DNA of 57,721 nucleotides, filler included, from Sphacelaria rigidula (GCA_964200075.2; 9 parts of 9 records of this genome joined end to end with filler, not necessarily neighbours in it), one strand, 5' to 3'; shown: positions 25,128-44,245, numbered from the whole stretch's first letter. Notes: generated by a model not told the origin, from the sequence alone. Program-made: numbers and translations.

Positions 25128-25375
25128 TGCCTCCGGAGGGATGCGCGGCCCTCCAGAGGCAAAACAAGCCTCTGGAGGCCTTCAGTCCCTCTGGAGGAAA
25201 CCAAACACTACCGACGCGGAGGGCCGCGCACCCCTCCGAAGAAATTTGGGGATATGCGCGGCCCTCCAGAGGCGACATCAAGCCTCCAGAGGCGTTCAAT
25301 CCCTCTGGAGGGAACAAAAAAATCTCCTCGGGAGGGCCGCGCACCCCTCCGGAGGCGTTGTATCCCTCCAAAGGC
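25128..25375. repeat. Array of palindromic CCTCYRGAGG 10-mers at ~19-20-bp spacing
   Basis: About 11 copies, arranged in two ~113-bp higher-order units. Confidence 0.85.
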
Positions 25376-26370
25376 TCGAAACATTTACCCACCTGAAGCA
25401 ATTTTGGGGGTCGTCAAATTGCCGCGTGTGTATGTACCTGTGCTCATGTCTGCATCGGGTATATCAACAAGCTAGGAGGGGTATATATATGCTCTATCCC
25501 GATGTAGGGGTATGGAAGGCGTACAGAACGTACGAAGGTATCGGGTACCAGTAAACAGCCGATTTTCGAAAATGGGGTTGAAAAAAAAAATGAGGTAGAA
25601 NNNNNNNNNNNNNNNNNNNNNNNNNNNNNNNNNNNNNNNNNNNNTTAATTAATTAANNNNNNNNNNNNNNNNNNNNNNNNNNNNNNNNNNNNNNNNNNNN
25701 GGCTGATGCGCCCACATATACCGAAAGGTGTAGACCGGCGTCCAGAATAGATGGGACGACAACACACACACAAACACACAGAAAGTATGCTCTCTGGAGT
25801 AGCACGAGCTATTTTCAGGTGCGTCTCCTGGCGACATACTACATCGACCTCACTCGAGAATCTATCCTTGTGCGCAGGATCGACGCTTAGTGCACACGCG
25901 AGAAAGATGTTGTGCGCTTACAGCAAACGTGAGTGGCAGCGTGCTCTCAACAATGATGACCTCGGTGCAGTCGACCCCTCGTGGAAGCACCTGCCATTCT
26001 CGCCATGCCCACTTTGGTAGTCACAGCCAGTCACGACAAGGTACTGTGGAGAGCACACACCGTCACAAGGATTTGTCCGTGTTCGTCTTTTTCGAGGGTT
26101 GGCGTACGAATCCTGGGCACAACACGATCGCCATCGAATTATGATTAGGTTTCTACGACAATGTGTTTTATTTTCCCATTGGGAAACTCCTTTTACCGTG
26201 CTGCAGCAGCAGACCGCGTGAAAGAGAAGCCATCATCTTTGGGTCGCTATGGACATCATGGCGACACTCCATTTTCCAACATACAACAGCGTGGTTCACA
26301 ATGTCTGCTATACGATGGATTCCAGCTGCCATTCAAAAACTGAAAAATGAGCAGCGCTTCTGTATCTAAC

Positions 26371-29300
26371 TTATGCTTGTGCGCGCTCAGGAAATACATT
26401 CCACACAGCAATTCGACAGTCCTTCGAACTCGACGCGAAAGCTCCGATCCTTGGGCTGTAAGCTACGCTGAACACGCTCTCGTCATGAGACCGTAGCACT
26501 GCCAAAGGTCGCGGAGCCTTCCTCCAGCTGTACACCCGCACCCTGATTGCGAAGCCGGTCACACAACAAGTGACACGTATGGTCAGCGTTGGCCACCCCA
26601 AATCGGTTCCCGATCCAATTATCCAGAACAAGGCAGCACCTATACACTGCTGAACAAGAATAGATCACCATTGCAGTATAACAAATTTTTCCAGCCAGTC
26701 TGCAACCCCCCCGGCTGCTCCGTCTCGAACGGGATGCATCGTCAATGGTCAAATGACGAAGGCAACCAACAAATGAGTACCCCCCCCCCCTGATGTGTCG
26801 GTTCGGATACGTTGGTTTCGAATATTTCTGCCGCACCGAAGCGATTCCGATATGTTATTCTGTGTGTAAAGGTAGGTCTTGCTCACCTGTGGTCCCACCC
26901 CCCTGAGACAAATAATTTCTCGTCTTGTCGGATTTCTACGCAGCCTGTTCCTGGGCGCTCCAAATGGAAGGTGTTCGAAACCTCGCACACACCCTGCCAA
27001 TTTGACCGCACGGTGCGTACAGTACAACAACGGGTTGTTCAGTGATGTCATGGCCAGGCGGCATGTGATGTTATGCGAATTCACATGCTACCATGCTCAC
27101 TGTTTTTCAAGGCTCTTCAGATGACCGGTGAGCTCTCACGAGACCATTTCTGCGTCAAGCAAGGAAGGTGAAAATGTCGCATGACCATCTTTAAATAGGG
27201 CAGCGGGAGTAAAAACCTCACGTGACTATCTTTGAATCAGGCAACTATCTCACATGCCCATCTTCAAGCCGGACACAACTCTAGCATGGTCAAGATATGC
27301 ACAACGCCAGTCAAGCGAAAAGCCTTGCTAGTTTTTACTCAAACTTGACCTGGCTTGTGCAGCGGGTTTGGCTTTCACTACATACATGCTGAATCTGTCA
27401 CAAACGTGCCCATGGTACAGTTAATGACTGTGTAAAGTCCAGGAAAAGCTCAACCCTTCGACCGCGAGGGTAGTCGATCTGCATCGTACATAGCTTTTTC
27501 AGGTGAAATTGATTCCGACTAAACAGAGTGACCTATTATCGCTGTCTCAGTCGAATTTGTGGTCCCTCTTTGGGTGATTTGGGCGTCGAAGGTGTCGATG
27601 CCGTGTGGCATCCTACACTCGAACTTCCATTGTTTGTTTACCAGAAAGCATTCCAAACAGCGAATGAATATACATGGTCATTCCGCTCCTACCTTTTGCG
27701 CGTTCAGTTTGAACACATGGATGTTGTTGTCTGCCGATCCCGACACGCCTCTTTTGCCGGAAAATCCCACGTCTACGCACAGCACTGTCGAAATAGAAAA
27801 AAAATGATCGAGGCGGTACAGGTTACGGGTGTGGAGTAAGGCGGGCGAGTGGAAGGGGAGAGTGGCGGCGCTGCAGAACACACACACCCCTGTAGTGCGC
27901 GGGAGGGGAAACGATGTCGAGGCTAGCTCGAAGCTGTCACGCCCGCTGGCATGAACGAGATACCAGCGAGAGACGGAGCGACCAATAGCGGGAACGTAAG
28001 AGTTCCAGCCACGTTGATACTGCGGTCCCTCAAGAAACACTGGCCAGTACAGTAAGACTCGTTTGGTCTCTGTTACGTGACTACACTCGCGACCGGACCA
28101 AACTAGTTTCATTTTTCGATCGTGCTCGGATGGACAGGCTTGAGCACGAAAAAAAGTTGGGTACTCACGGGGTTTCTCATGCAGCTGCGCGTCAATCAAG
28201 GGCTCCGCCGCGGTGGCTCGCAAATCATAAACGCACAGAGAACCGTGGTCGTGACCGCACAAAGCCAAAGGGCTCGCACTCGATGGGGACTCCCCCAACA
28301 GCCGTGTGCACATAACCATACCTGGGCAGATCAAGATAGGAGGTATTCGCAGGTTAATCGGCGGTTCTGTTCTACAGACGTCAGCCCTTTGAACGCCCGT
28401 GGTTTTTGTTCCGAGATTTTGCCGGCCGGCTGACAGTCCCGCGAGGTTTTGGGAGCATACGCGGACGCAAAACGGACATGGGCGGTTAGCAGGAGCGCTG
28501 CCACATTTCAAACTATACAAAATAAGATGGGTCTATAGTAGCACTCTTCGGATACCATGATTGAGGGATGGTGTACGTCAGACTTCTTGATGGTTTATCT
28601 AGCGGTGTGTGTGCTGAAACCTTCGAGCGTATATGACCACATGGAGTACTGGCACAGCCATCTCTGCACTATTTTCGACTTACTGTGACGACAATGTGCC
28701 GCTGGTGGTGAGTGGCCTGTGCACGACGGGCTACTCTAGGAAGCGCGATGTATGCATGGTAACGACCTTTCCTTTCTAGTGGGTGACATCTCTCAACCGA
28801 ACCAAATACGTATTCTGAACCCTTCCCTCAAGCCCCGTCGTCAGTTCAACGAACAAATGGGGGTCCGGCCGGTAAAGATATCGATTCCGATCAGTTACGC
28901 ACGAACATTCTCCAAACAAGGCCAATAATGGGGGTACGAATGAAGAAGTATAATGAAATGGGCAGACGAAGCATGGCAAGCACCGTATCAGGACATGCTT
29001 GCACAGATCAGCGCACGACAGGCATGCTCGTCGCGGAGGATGCGTGGACGGCTGCCATCGATCGAGTCATATATCGTGCGGATGTAGCGGCACAAGCGAA
29101 AGTCAATACGATCATGGTGGATGGAAGGCACGAAGGCCAAATAGGCAACAGACAATACTGCGTGAGTCGCTAGCAATTTCGAGCATGTTGAGAAGATTCC
29201 ACGATCTATCTACCGCAGCGCAAACTCCACCTCGACTGAACGCGTCTCACTTCTTCGCTTGGGGTCAGCGGGAGTAATGGTGTACCCTGGTGCTTTGGCC

Positions 29301-31467
29301 CTAAGATCCCACAAGGTAACCTGCGCGGAGAAAGACAACACATTTTATCGTCCGTTCGTGGTCAGTACAACATCGTGACGAGCTAGTTCAAGTACAGATG
29401 CCGCGAAATCCGCCTGTTGTCCCGTGTAAACATGTTCCACTTCTGTTTTCATCAGTCGAGGTCGGTCAATTACACAATGATACAGAGTGCGAGTGCAAAG
29501 GTGTGGATGCCGTACGATGTAAATCTCAGCATGACACCCTAGAACGCGACATTGTACGGCTTACTACTGCAAGATGCCGCTCGTGAGAAAGCATTCCATC
29601 GGTCTCAGGTTCAAAAACCTCATTGGAGGCAAGAGGTGGGCCCTGAATTTCTCATTCGATACCATAACAGTTTTCACAACAAAATCATGGCCAAAAATCC
29701 CGGCAGCTATGGAGCCAGTCTCATCAGCGGTGAACTGCTAGTGTCAAGTTCACCCTTGTGGGTTGCTGTCCCAGCACACAGCCCAACAGAGGATGCAATA
29801 TTGGTAAAATTATGGTCTCAGAAAACATGAGCCCATGTCTCGAACCCACGGTGAGAAGGCTTCCTCAGACCTGACTAGAGCAGGAGGAGTTGGGGCGGCA
29901 CCGAGTCTCCTCCGCGCCTGTGACCTGCTACAGTCCTAGGTTCTTATCGGGCTCTTCACCTTCTCCACGCAATTCCTCATCTAACGGTGTTTTCTCTTCA
30001 CTACGAGTAAAACGAACGGGTAAGCCCGGATTGTAAGCCCGGATTTTTACGTCACATATCTCGTCCCATGTGTCATTGGAACATTTTTTAGCCTGCATCT
30101 CTGCCATAATAACGAGCCTCACCAGCGGGTCTATACTGTATGAATAAGTATGCACTAAGTATACACTGCGTGTAGTCCACACACACACCAGAACAAAAGG
30201 GCTAGCCAGGGTTGTGCTAACCATGAAATCGACCGGTCGAGCAGTAGCGTCTTACCGCGTAGTGGTCGTGATTCGGAGCAAGTACAGTGTTTGCGGCGAA
30301 GGACGCACTAGCGGAGCTTTCCTCCCCGCCCCCGATGCCAGTCCCCTCTATCCCGTTCAATTCTCCGTCCTCCTCGTCCCCCTCCTGCTTACCCCGATTC
30401 CCTCTCATACCATCTGCTTCATCGGCGTGCTGCCGTTCTTCGCAGCCTTCCAAAGCTGTAGCATCGTTATGATCTCCTCGTCCACGTTCATGCGCGCTGC
30501 TACCGCTAATGCTATGATTCTGTCGCTCCCCATGTTGTTGTACCACTCCTGCTATCCCCTCCTCTCCCACGGTGTGGCGAATCTCTGGCGAAAATGTTGT
30601 TGATAGATTTCGCCATCGTGTCAAGGCAAAAGTGCAGAAATGAAATGCTCCAGTGAGAACAGATTGAGTAGGCTGGGGTGACGGGAAGTCCGCCGGCGTT
30701 GCGCCGCCCAAAGAGCTTCCGAGGCATCCCGCTGTTGCCCCACCTAATCGTTCCGCATCCCACACTTTGATTTCGCCGTGTTGGCCCTGACTGTGTGAGC
30801 AAGGTGCGAACAAAAGTGCCAGCAATGCAGGCACGGACGGAAAGAGCACGCTCGTGGGGCAGAGATTGGACGATCGGCGTTTGCATGTCACGTAGTACCT
30901 GGTGGAGTTTGCCGCTATCGTGCGCAGGCAGCGTGTCCCTTGGTCGGTCTACCCACCTGCCGTTCTGCGCTAGTTAGTCTCTCGTTGCCTGCACGGGGAT
31001 GACCCACGAAACTGCTATCGTAGGTAACGGGCACATCTCTCGGAGTACATTTTTACCTCTTGAGCTGCAAATGGCAAACATGAGCGCCGATCGAGCTCCG
31101 ACGTGTTTCATCCGTGTGCTCTCACCTTACCGTTCCTTTATGTGGTGCGGGTGAAGTCCTGCTGGCGTAGCTCCTACCATGGACGAGCGAGTGCCGACTG
31201 TCGTGTGCGCGTTGACAATATCATCGCTAGATGTATAGCACGATCAGTCAAGCGACCTACCTACCTGAACAACAAAGTGCCAAATGATAAATACGGCAAG
31301 ATGGAAACGAACAACCTGCAAACGTGACAATTCGTCTTCACCTTACTACTCTCATGTTATCGAAGCGTTCAAGTCGCAAGACGGGTTCGCCTGGACTGTG
31401 CGCGTGGAATTGTGCACAAACCCGCCGGCGTTCCAGGTTCCATATCTTTACAAGTCCATCTTGATCG
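26371..31467 (-). CDS. GNB1L: WD40 protein, GNB1L/ASA1-like, 5' exon(s) missing; exons 31342-31467, 30256-30790, 29251-29320, 28169-28321, 27693-27784, 26887-26993, 26371-26542
   Basis: GT-AG splices with consistent phases give 'DQDGLVKIWNL..VSQGQHGEIKVWD..GAFHFCTFAL..VTLWDLR..MVMC..CGHDHGSLCVYDLR..GVSGSADNNI..LERPGTGCVEIRQDEKLFVSGGWDHRVRVYSWRKAPRPLAVLRSH..FASSSKDCRIAVWNVF*', typical of GNB1L/ASA1. Confidence 0.88.
26713..26790 (+). mobile_element. Isolated LINE 3' tail with oligo(C)
   Basis: TGCTCCGTCTCGAACGGGATGC..GTCAATGGTCAAATGAC..AAATGAGTAC-(C)n, same as the end of 43040-43741; C-runs on both sides. Confidence 0.75.
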
Positions 31468-31494
31468 CTGTGGGGAACGAGGGCAAGAGAGAAA

Positions 31495-32025
31495 AGGGAG
31501 GGGGGGGGGGGCTCGTACTCACGATCATGCATGCTGTGGTCAAGAAAAAATTGACTTCGCATCCCTCCAAAGCCGGGACGGAGCATGCCGGTATTTCGCC
31601 GGACCAGGCTTTGCAATCACCAAGCGCGAAGCGCTGTGATTTATTCGGCGAGTCGCATGAAGGGTGAGCTGCATGCTGCTAAGATTGTGCGGTCCGAAGC
31701 GTACTGATCATCTTGCACATGGACGACAGCCTATAATGGATTGCTTCATTTTCTGGTATCGCCACTTCCAGAGACTGCCACGGCTTACACACTGCCTCGG
31801 GTGTCTCACCATGTAAACACCACGTACGATCATCACCTTTGCGCGAAGATTGGGTTCTCCACCCCACACAATATGATCTGGCTCGACCATCATGGTTTCC
31901 GGAAAACAAAAGCCGGCGAAAAGAACCCCGGCACTTGCTCACGTAGTAAGTTTTACGGCATCGTTGCCAACCGACGCCAACCCTCGAAAGGGGAACGCAA
32001 GAGAGGGGGGGGGGGGGGGGCTCTC
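31495..32025 (-). mobile_element. Repeat family A copy (runs into scaffold end); tail-only or partial copies at 32126-32215 (+), 38403-38449 (-), 39454-39562 (+), 45480-45697 (+)
   Basis: Direct sequence similarity to 20084-20665 and 50122-50745. Confidence 0.85.
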
Positions 32026-33140
32026 NNNNNNNNNNNNNNNNNNNNNNNNNNNNNNNNNNNNNNNNNNNNTTAATTAATTAANNNNNNNNNNNNNNNNNNN
32101 NNNNNNNNNNNNNNNNNNNNNNNNNCCGGCGTGCTCCGTCCCGGTTTTGTCGGGATGCGAGGTCAATGGTCATATGACTACAGCATGCAAGATCATGGAT
32201 CATGACTACACCTCTCTCCTCCTCGTGGAATGAAATCAACGCACTCCCTCCCCGAACATCCCCAGGGGAAATGGAGTGTCATCCGACGTGATAGTCATTT
32301 GCAATCAGCCACCAGTTAATCTGAAGGCTTCCCTGGTGCCACTACAAAGTCTATACCGCATTTTCCACAATGATGGCCCCCGTTTACCTTTGAGGGACTA
32401 CATCCACCCTGGGGACGAGATCGTTCCCCAAGCACGCCACTGAATGAGCGGGAGACATAGGGATAACATACTCACTCTAGACTACTATCAATAGCCCCCC
32501 TCGCTCCTATTCGGGGAAGATATCGACGCGTCCCCTCCCCAAACATCCTCGACGGCAGGGGGTGCTGCTTCAAGTATGATGGTGACGGCGACAGCAACGG
32601 TCACAGTCATTTCGGAACAGTAGTAGCCCTCGATACGTTTCTCAAGTAATTGGGCACAAAATGAAGGCGATCCCGTTCATAATGACAGCTGGGATTTCAC
32701 TTGCATACACTACAGAACTGCTATTTCACTCCCACCCACGAACCACGGGCGATGCACAACGCCACACTTTCGTAGCTGCGGCCACCGGCTAGTGTATCAG
32801 GGCGGCAGGACTGGGGACAAGTGTTTTCTCTGCAAACGCCCACATCGTTGAAAGTATGTGCCAACGCGAGGCAGGGAGGGGTGCTACACCGCGTAAGACG
32901 CATCAAAAGCCGTAGAGCGTAGTCCTAACTCGGGACAAGCGAAGGCCATTAATGTCACAGCTATTTGATACGAGGTAATTATCAGCAGAGTAACTACTCG
33001 GCCAGCTTTCCGGACAGGCGATGAAGGTGTCGGTTCCTCCACCACCACGTGTCGAAGCCTGCCGTAGCCTGCCCTGAATTACCGCATGGGATACGCTAGA
33101 GCTGAGGCCGAGTACCTGGTGTGAAATCGCCCCTATTAAC

Positions 33141-34175
33141 GAGTTTCGAAAGATATTTCATCTCATCATAGAGTCATGGTTCAGAGTGGAAGCTTTGAAA
33201 CTTCAGAGTGGACGCCAAAAAGTTCATAGCGGAAGCTGATGTGACGTGACTTGACGTGATTTTTTCTTGTCGCAGTGATTGGCCACAGGTGGTACCGCCA
33301 AACGTGCGATCGACCAGCGTCCAGTTCGTGAATGCATAGATCGGCATAGCGATGACTGTACCGTGCCCTGCGGAACCGTACACTACGCTTCACTGCACCT
33401 GCAGTACTTCTATCCACTACGGCGCACAACAGCTCACTGTAGTGCTGTGCAGCATGGAGTACAAACCGTGCAGTACCGACAGCGCAATGCAGAACCCTAC
33501 AACAGTGCATTGCGGTACGGTGAACTACACCGATACCGTCAAGACATTTGTACAGTAGGACAGTACACAGCACTTTCACACAACAGACAATGCCACATTG
33601 TAATGATTTTCCAACATGCCACCCATAACTGTGATGCAAGGCGTCATGATCTTGAACGAAATGACAGTGTAGCCAGGTGCAGTACTGCTTGTGCGCTGTA
33701 GACTACGAATCGCTCACACCGTATTCTTCCAGCTGAAGCTGGCAAGAGCGAGGAACTGCACCCAAGGCAACGTCGTGTACCCACCGAGCATTTGAATATT
33801 CACGCAACACAACCAAGTGAATGCTGATACCAACGCGGCGTCAGGGAGGTCTCCTGATTGCGATGCCAAGCTCTTTTACTTCGTGAATGGCCCATTGTGA
33901 TCAATATGGCAGTTGTGATGGATGTCCCACTTCGCTTGTTAGAGTGTATTGACTTTAAACTGGCCGTGACCATGGTGGTGAAGGTGGGCTTGGTTCTTCC
34001 TCGTTCCATCATAAACCAATTCTGGAGAGGCACAACAGGTTTCAGAGTGAAGGGGTGCAGACGGCACTCTGACGTTAAAAAAATCGCTCTACAAAAAAAA
34101 ATCAGCGTGCACCGTTACCAGCTATTCTTCCGTCCACTCCGACTCTAAGATAGGGAAAACGTGTTCCGAAACTCT
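33141..34175. mobile_element. Second copy of the GAGTTTCGGAA-TIR non-autonomous transposon
   Basis: Collinear with 14018-15105; ends GAGTTTCGAAAG..AGAGTC / GACTCT..TTCCGAAACTC. Confidence 0.8.
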
Positions 34176-35019
34176 ATATTGTCTAGCTCGCTACGGGTCG
34201 AGTCGAGCGTTCACCGACCACTGCATCTACTTTTAGCCTGCACTACAGCGGAGCTACTGTACAAGAAAAACAAGAGCGAGTCGAGTATCGTTAGCTCGGG
34301 GCTTCTACAGGTCCTCGGGCGTATTGCTCAGCGGGTCGGCCATTGATCCTGGTAATGCCCTGAGCTGCTCGACCTTACAGCGTTCCTCTTAAGGTGGCGG
34401 CATACCTCAAGACATGACGCACTGTAATCGTGTCAGTAACTACCGTATTTACTCAAGGCCTAAAGTTATGGGTGGGAATGGAGCGCCTCAAGACCACAAA
34501 TCAGTGGCAAGCTGGAAAAAACAGAAGTGCGGAGGAATAATGAACACGTCAGTAGGTGGTCGCACCTACTTGCCGAGGCCCCCTCGAGCAGAACGCACGC
34601 TTCATCACTTATAGACTTGGTCTACGATGGGACAGCTCTAGCACGGGAGATCGTGCGGTTCTCGACACAGGGAGCAAGTCAGCCCACGGCACTTCACACC
34701 CCCCGCATGCACACAAGATCTAGGGGATTCTATTACATATTTTCCTGGCGTCGCGCCAGCAGCGAGAAACCCCCCTCCCGGAGCGCAAAACACCTAATTT
34801 TTGTGCGCTTGGGTTTGTTGCGGCTCAGTATCACGCTCAAACGAAAAAATGAAATAGAGTGACCTAGCTTGGGTGTGTAGGAAGCGCACGCAAGAAACTG
34901 CAGTCCAATCCTCTGCTTCGTCGCCGAGTTCTACGCGTTGCGCGATCGGCACTTTTAGGTTGAGGATTAGTATCTAGCGCTATTAGAGGTCCAACATCGC
35001 AAATTAAAAAAAATCGGTG

Positions 35020-35940
35020 CGCATGTTGGTTTCTCTCGCCGCAAGTTGTCACGACATGCAGTTTGGTTGTGTGTCGGCAGGCGCTGCTGCTTGGTTCTGT
35101 GCGGCTGTGCACAAAAGGCAATTTCGCCGTTCAACAGCGAGTATCCCTTCAAGTGTCGAATTTCAGAGGGGGAGTTCACAGAGCAAAGACAAAGCAAGCG
35201 GCTGCTTCGTGTCAGAGCTCCAGTGCAGAAGCCGAGGCGTCTAGAGCGATTGTAGTACTTGCACTGCCTTGCATCTGCTGGCGGCTGTTGTGATCATGTA
35301 CTTAGTAATTGTCTGTATGTACTAATATAAGAGTGAGATGCAAACAATGCGACGGTCGACAAGCTCTGTTCTGGGCTGCATATTTTTTCTTGCAGTGAGC
35401 AGTGTGTGACGGTGTTTCACTTCGTGGCGTGCCACCAGGTGCTGCTTCGTTCTGTACGGCTGTGCACAATGGGCAAATTAGCCCTTCACAGCGAGTACCC
35501 TTCATGTATTGAGTTGCAGAGGGCGACGTAACACATGAACTTCGGCTGTTGGATCTGAGGGTTCCAGCGGAGAAACCACGGCGCCAAGGGCGATTGTTAT
35601 TTCAGACTACACACTGACTATGTATGAACAGGTCAGGAGAGCCACGATGTTTCAACTGACTGCCAGTACACACTGAAAATACTCTGTAAACCATGCGATT
35701 TACACCAACTTGCATCTTCGACCAAATGCTATTTTTTGGCACCAATGTCACGGCATTTGCTTTGGTGGCGATCCGCCATGTGCTGCTCTGTTCTGTGGGG
35801 ATGTGTACAAAGGACAACCTCACGTATCATGAGCGAATGCCCTTTCACCCCTTGGCTTGTAGAGGACGAGTTCACCGATGAAACACGGCCGTCTTGTGAC
35901 AGACGTTTCCGAGACAGAACCCAAGGGATGCGCGACGCTG
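35020..35940. repeat. Three diverged tandem copies of a ~350-bp unit
   Basis: Core TGCTGC..GTTCTGT..GG.TGTG.ACAA..G.CAA....CGA.T.CCCTT...AGAGG.GA.TT.AC recurs at ~35085, ~35440 and ~35782. Confidence 0.75.
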
Positions 35941-36579
35941 CTGCTCATGGTATCCAAATTTCCATACTCTCTCATTCTAGCAGGACGTCAGGCACCCCTT
36001 TCACTACAGATGCGTTGGTGTGTGGCGGCCACAAGTGCTGCTGTTCGTGTTATTGTCTTGTTATTTTCGCAATGGTGGTAAACGTGGGGTGGTAGCTCGG
36101 GGGCGTGCGCTTCCCGAGTAGTACAGCAGCTGAGCACTAGTGCACCAAGAGTTTCCACCCACTGATCTGGAGCGAGATATCCGGAGGAACAATATCATCT
36201 CAACACCGAGCACTTACAGGCTTGAAGATATGTACCATGTTTACAGCACATTTCATATGAGCCAGGTCGTTGTTTCTAGGTGACGCATGTATTTTTGATT
36301 GATATGATTCGCCTGATTACGGTCCAGTTCTTACGCATAGAGCGTTTGTGACCCATTTCCCCGAAATATAGTACCCAAAATCGGGCCCCGTTCCCACCCA
36401 TAACAATGGAGAGCAAGGCCAAAGGTGGACCGGTGTCCTTGTCGGGGAAGCCACGGGCGACTCAACAAGCCCGCCCGCTTGACTGAACATGGATTGGACA
36501 CGCGTTAGTACGCCACGTAGAGCCGAGCAGAAACGTACGGCTAGCAAAGGCAAATGACAACATCTATCGGTCACCGCAC

Positions 36580-36813
36580 CTGATGTTGACCGCCGCTCTT
36601 GTCCACCTCGCCAGACGACAAGCTGAGCTTTGGTCGGTGCCCCAAGTCCACGTGAGCCCCCAGCCACCGCGAGGGAGATACGTTGTGCCTCAAGGCGACA
36701 AAAGTTGAGCCCATGCCCAGGGCATTGTGATGCAAAGCGTAGCCGCCCACCGTGACGTTGGACGAGTCACCCACCGGGATTGCTACAGACTGCTGAACCA
36801 GCAGCTGAGTGAC
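36580..36813 (-). CDS. Internal exon of a DNAJC11-like protein (beta-rich central region)
   Basis: cccag| ... CAG|gtgcgg, 78 codons 'VTQLLVQQSVAIPVGDSSNVTVGGYALHHNALGMGSTFVALRHNVSPSRWLGAHVDLG..', resembling DNAJC11 'ISQSIEAPL..T..LSG.L...NG.G.GS..FALRRV.S...W'. Neighbouring exons not resolved. Confidence 0.55.
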
Positions 36814-38748
36814 CTGGGCACACGAAGGAGTGACGGTGGAGGAACACACACGGCGAAGCTCTCTGGTCGGTCGCTCGGTATACGCTGTACGTAGTGACCA
36901 CGAAATTCTGCGGTTACGAGATGCCCTTCTGTTGTGAAATGCAGTAAAGCCAGAATATGAATACATGACAAGTATATATATCATGACACCACGGGTGGAC
37001 TCCTGGGGGGTCAGTTTAAGTGCGACAATCAAAATCATCATCAAATCATATAAATGTATCGATCGATCGGTTATTACGAGTACGTCAATCCCTGAGGACT
37101 CCAGTCGTGGTTACAATATATTGTACTGTAGACGTGCTGTACTGTACAAAAGTTGAATACACAGGAACACTTGCTAAATAAACCCGAAAAAGGGAGAAGA
37201 CGAAGAAGGTAGCATCGAGCAAACGGAGTCAAAGACTGAACAGCAACGAGAGGCGGGTAAAGCAGAATGGGGAAAGAAAGTAGAAAGGGAAAGGAAAGGG
37301 AAGGGAAGAGAAAAAACACGAGCAGCCGATCTCGATAAAGAAAGGAAAAAAGAGTGCAACAGAAAAAGAGAAACGACATACGAGGAACAAAAATGGACAG
37401 CCCCTCCAGCATGATTTCAGGTGAGGAGGCAGTGCGAAAAAGAACTCCGTTGGAAGCTATTTGGGAATCCCGCCATTTGGGCATGAACTGTCACTCAAGG
37501 GCTCTACGGGGGCGACACCCAAACGGCACTACAGTATAGGATCTCGAAAAACAAATCACGAGAGAAAACGTAAAAATATAAAGATACAGGTATGCGCAAA
37601 ATTTGATATGTGACAAGTTGAAGCGTACACCGCGCAGGCACACTCATCACTACAGCAAAAAATCTGAAAACATTACGCAAGAGACTTTGTAACGATCTAT
37701 ACTGGTATGTATATATATATGCGCAGAATTTGATATGTTACAAGTTGTAGCTCACACCACAGCTACTTGCGTTGTGGGGGGTGTCAAGACGCTGACGTGT
37801 TTTAACGATCATGTATCGTTCTTGGCTCGTCCCGTGACTCCCGCTTCCGGATCAGTGCCTCCAAAACAAGACGGAAAGCGAGGAAGAAAATGTCGGGAAA
37901 AGCCCTCTAGCGAAATCCAGCGAGAGCTGGACTTGCTGCGCCAACCATAACCATCAAGTACTCATCCACGCCAACCATGACCATCAAGTACTCGTGCACG
38001 GTACATACTTGGGGCATTCCAGACACAGCTCACGAGTTAGCCGACAAGAGAGTGGTGCTGATCGCCTGTATTCACGGTACATTGTTTGTATCCCGTAGAT
38101 CCTATTTGTTTTTAGACCAACGGGTACCGACATTTTCCAAGCCGTGAGTGTGATCACCTCGATTCTCGACCGACAAGTACGGCGCTACAATATTGTCATT
38201 GTCCATCCCAGCTGTGCGAACAGGCACGTTTTCCCGCGACATCTTTCCAGTCACATTGCATGGCATGTTAACAGCCGTTGCAGTGTGCGTCAAGGGTGAT
38301 CAGGGAAGTCCATCAAAACAATCCATTAACTAAGACCGAAGGGCTGCGGGAGGTGTTCAACCTATGCTGGACAATAAAAAATAAACCGCACGGCACGTAC
38401 AGAGGGTGTACTGATGATCATGCATGCCATAGTCATCAGACCATTGACCNNNNNNNNNNNNNNNNNNNNNNNNNNNNNNNNNNNNNNNNNNNNTTAATTA
38501 ATTAANNNNNNNNNNNNNNNNNNNNNNNNNNNNNNNNNNNNNNNNNNNNAGCGCGGGTATCGGAGAATCACGTCCAACCTACGGGGGGGGGGGTAAGGTG
38601 ACAGGCTGGCGGCCTATCGTTTCTCCGAACAAGTGGTCACACATATATGAATGCAGTTGTTTACCCTATTATAGCTCACGCATAAATGTAATTTTTCTGG
38701 AGAGTGAGCGTGAGGCCAACGCCTCCTCGTATTTCAACCCATTGCAAG

Positions 38749-44245
<5,497 letters not shown>

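Noticed and set aside
25128..25375. CRISPR-like repeat-spacer array
   Set aside because: 10-bp repeats, ~10-bp recurring linkers, no cas genes, eukaryotic context.
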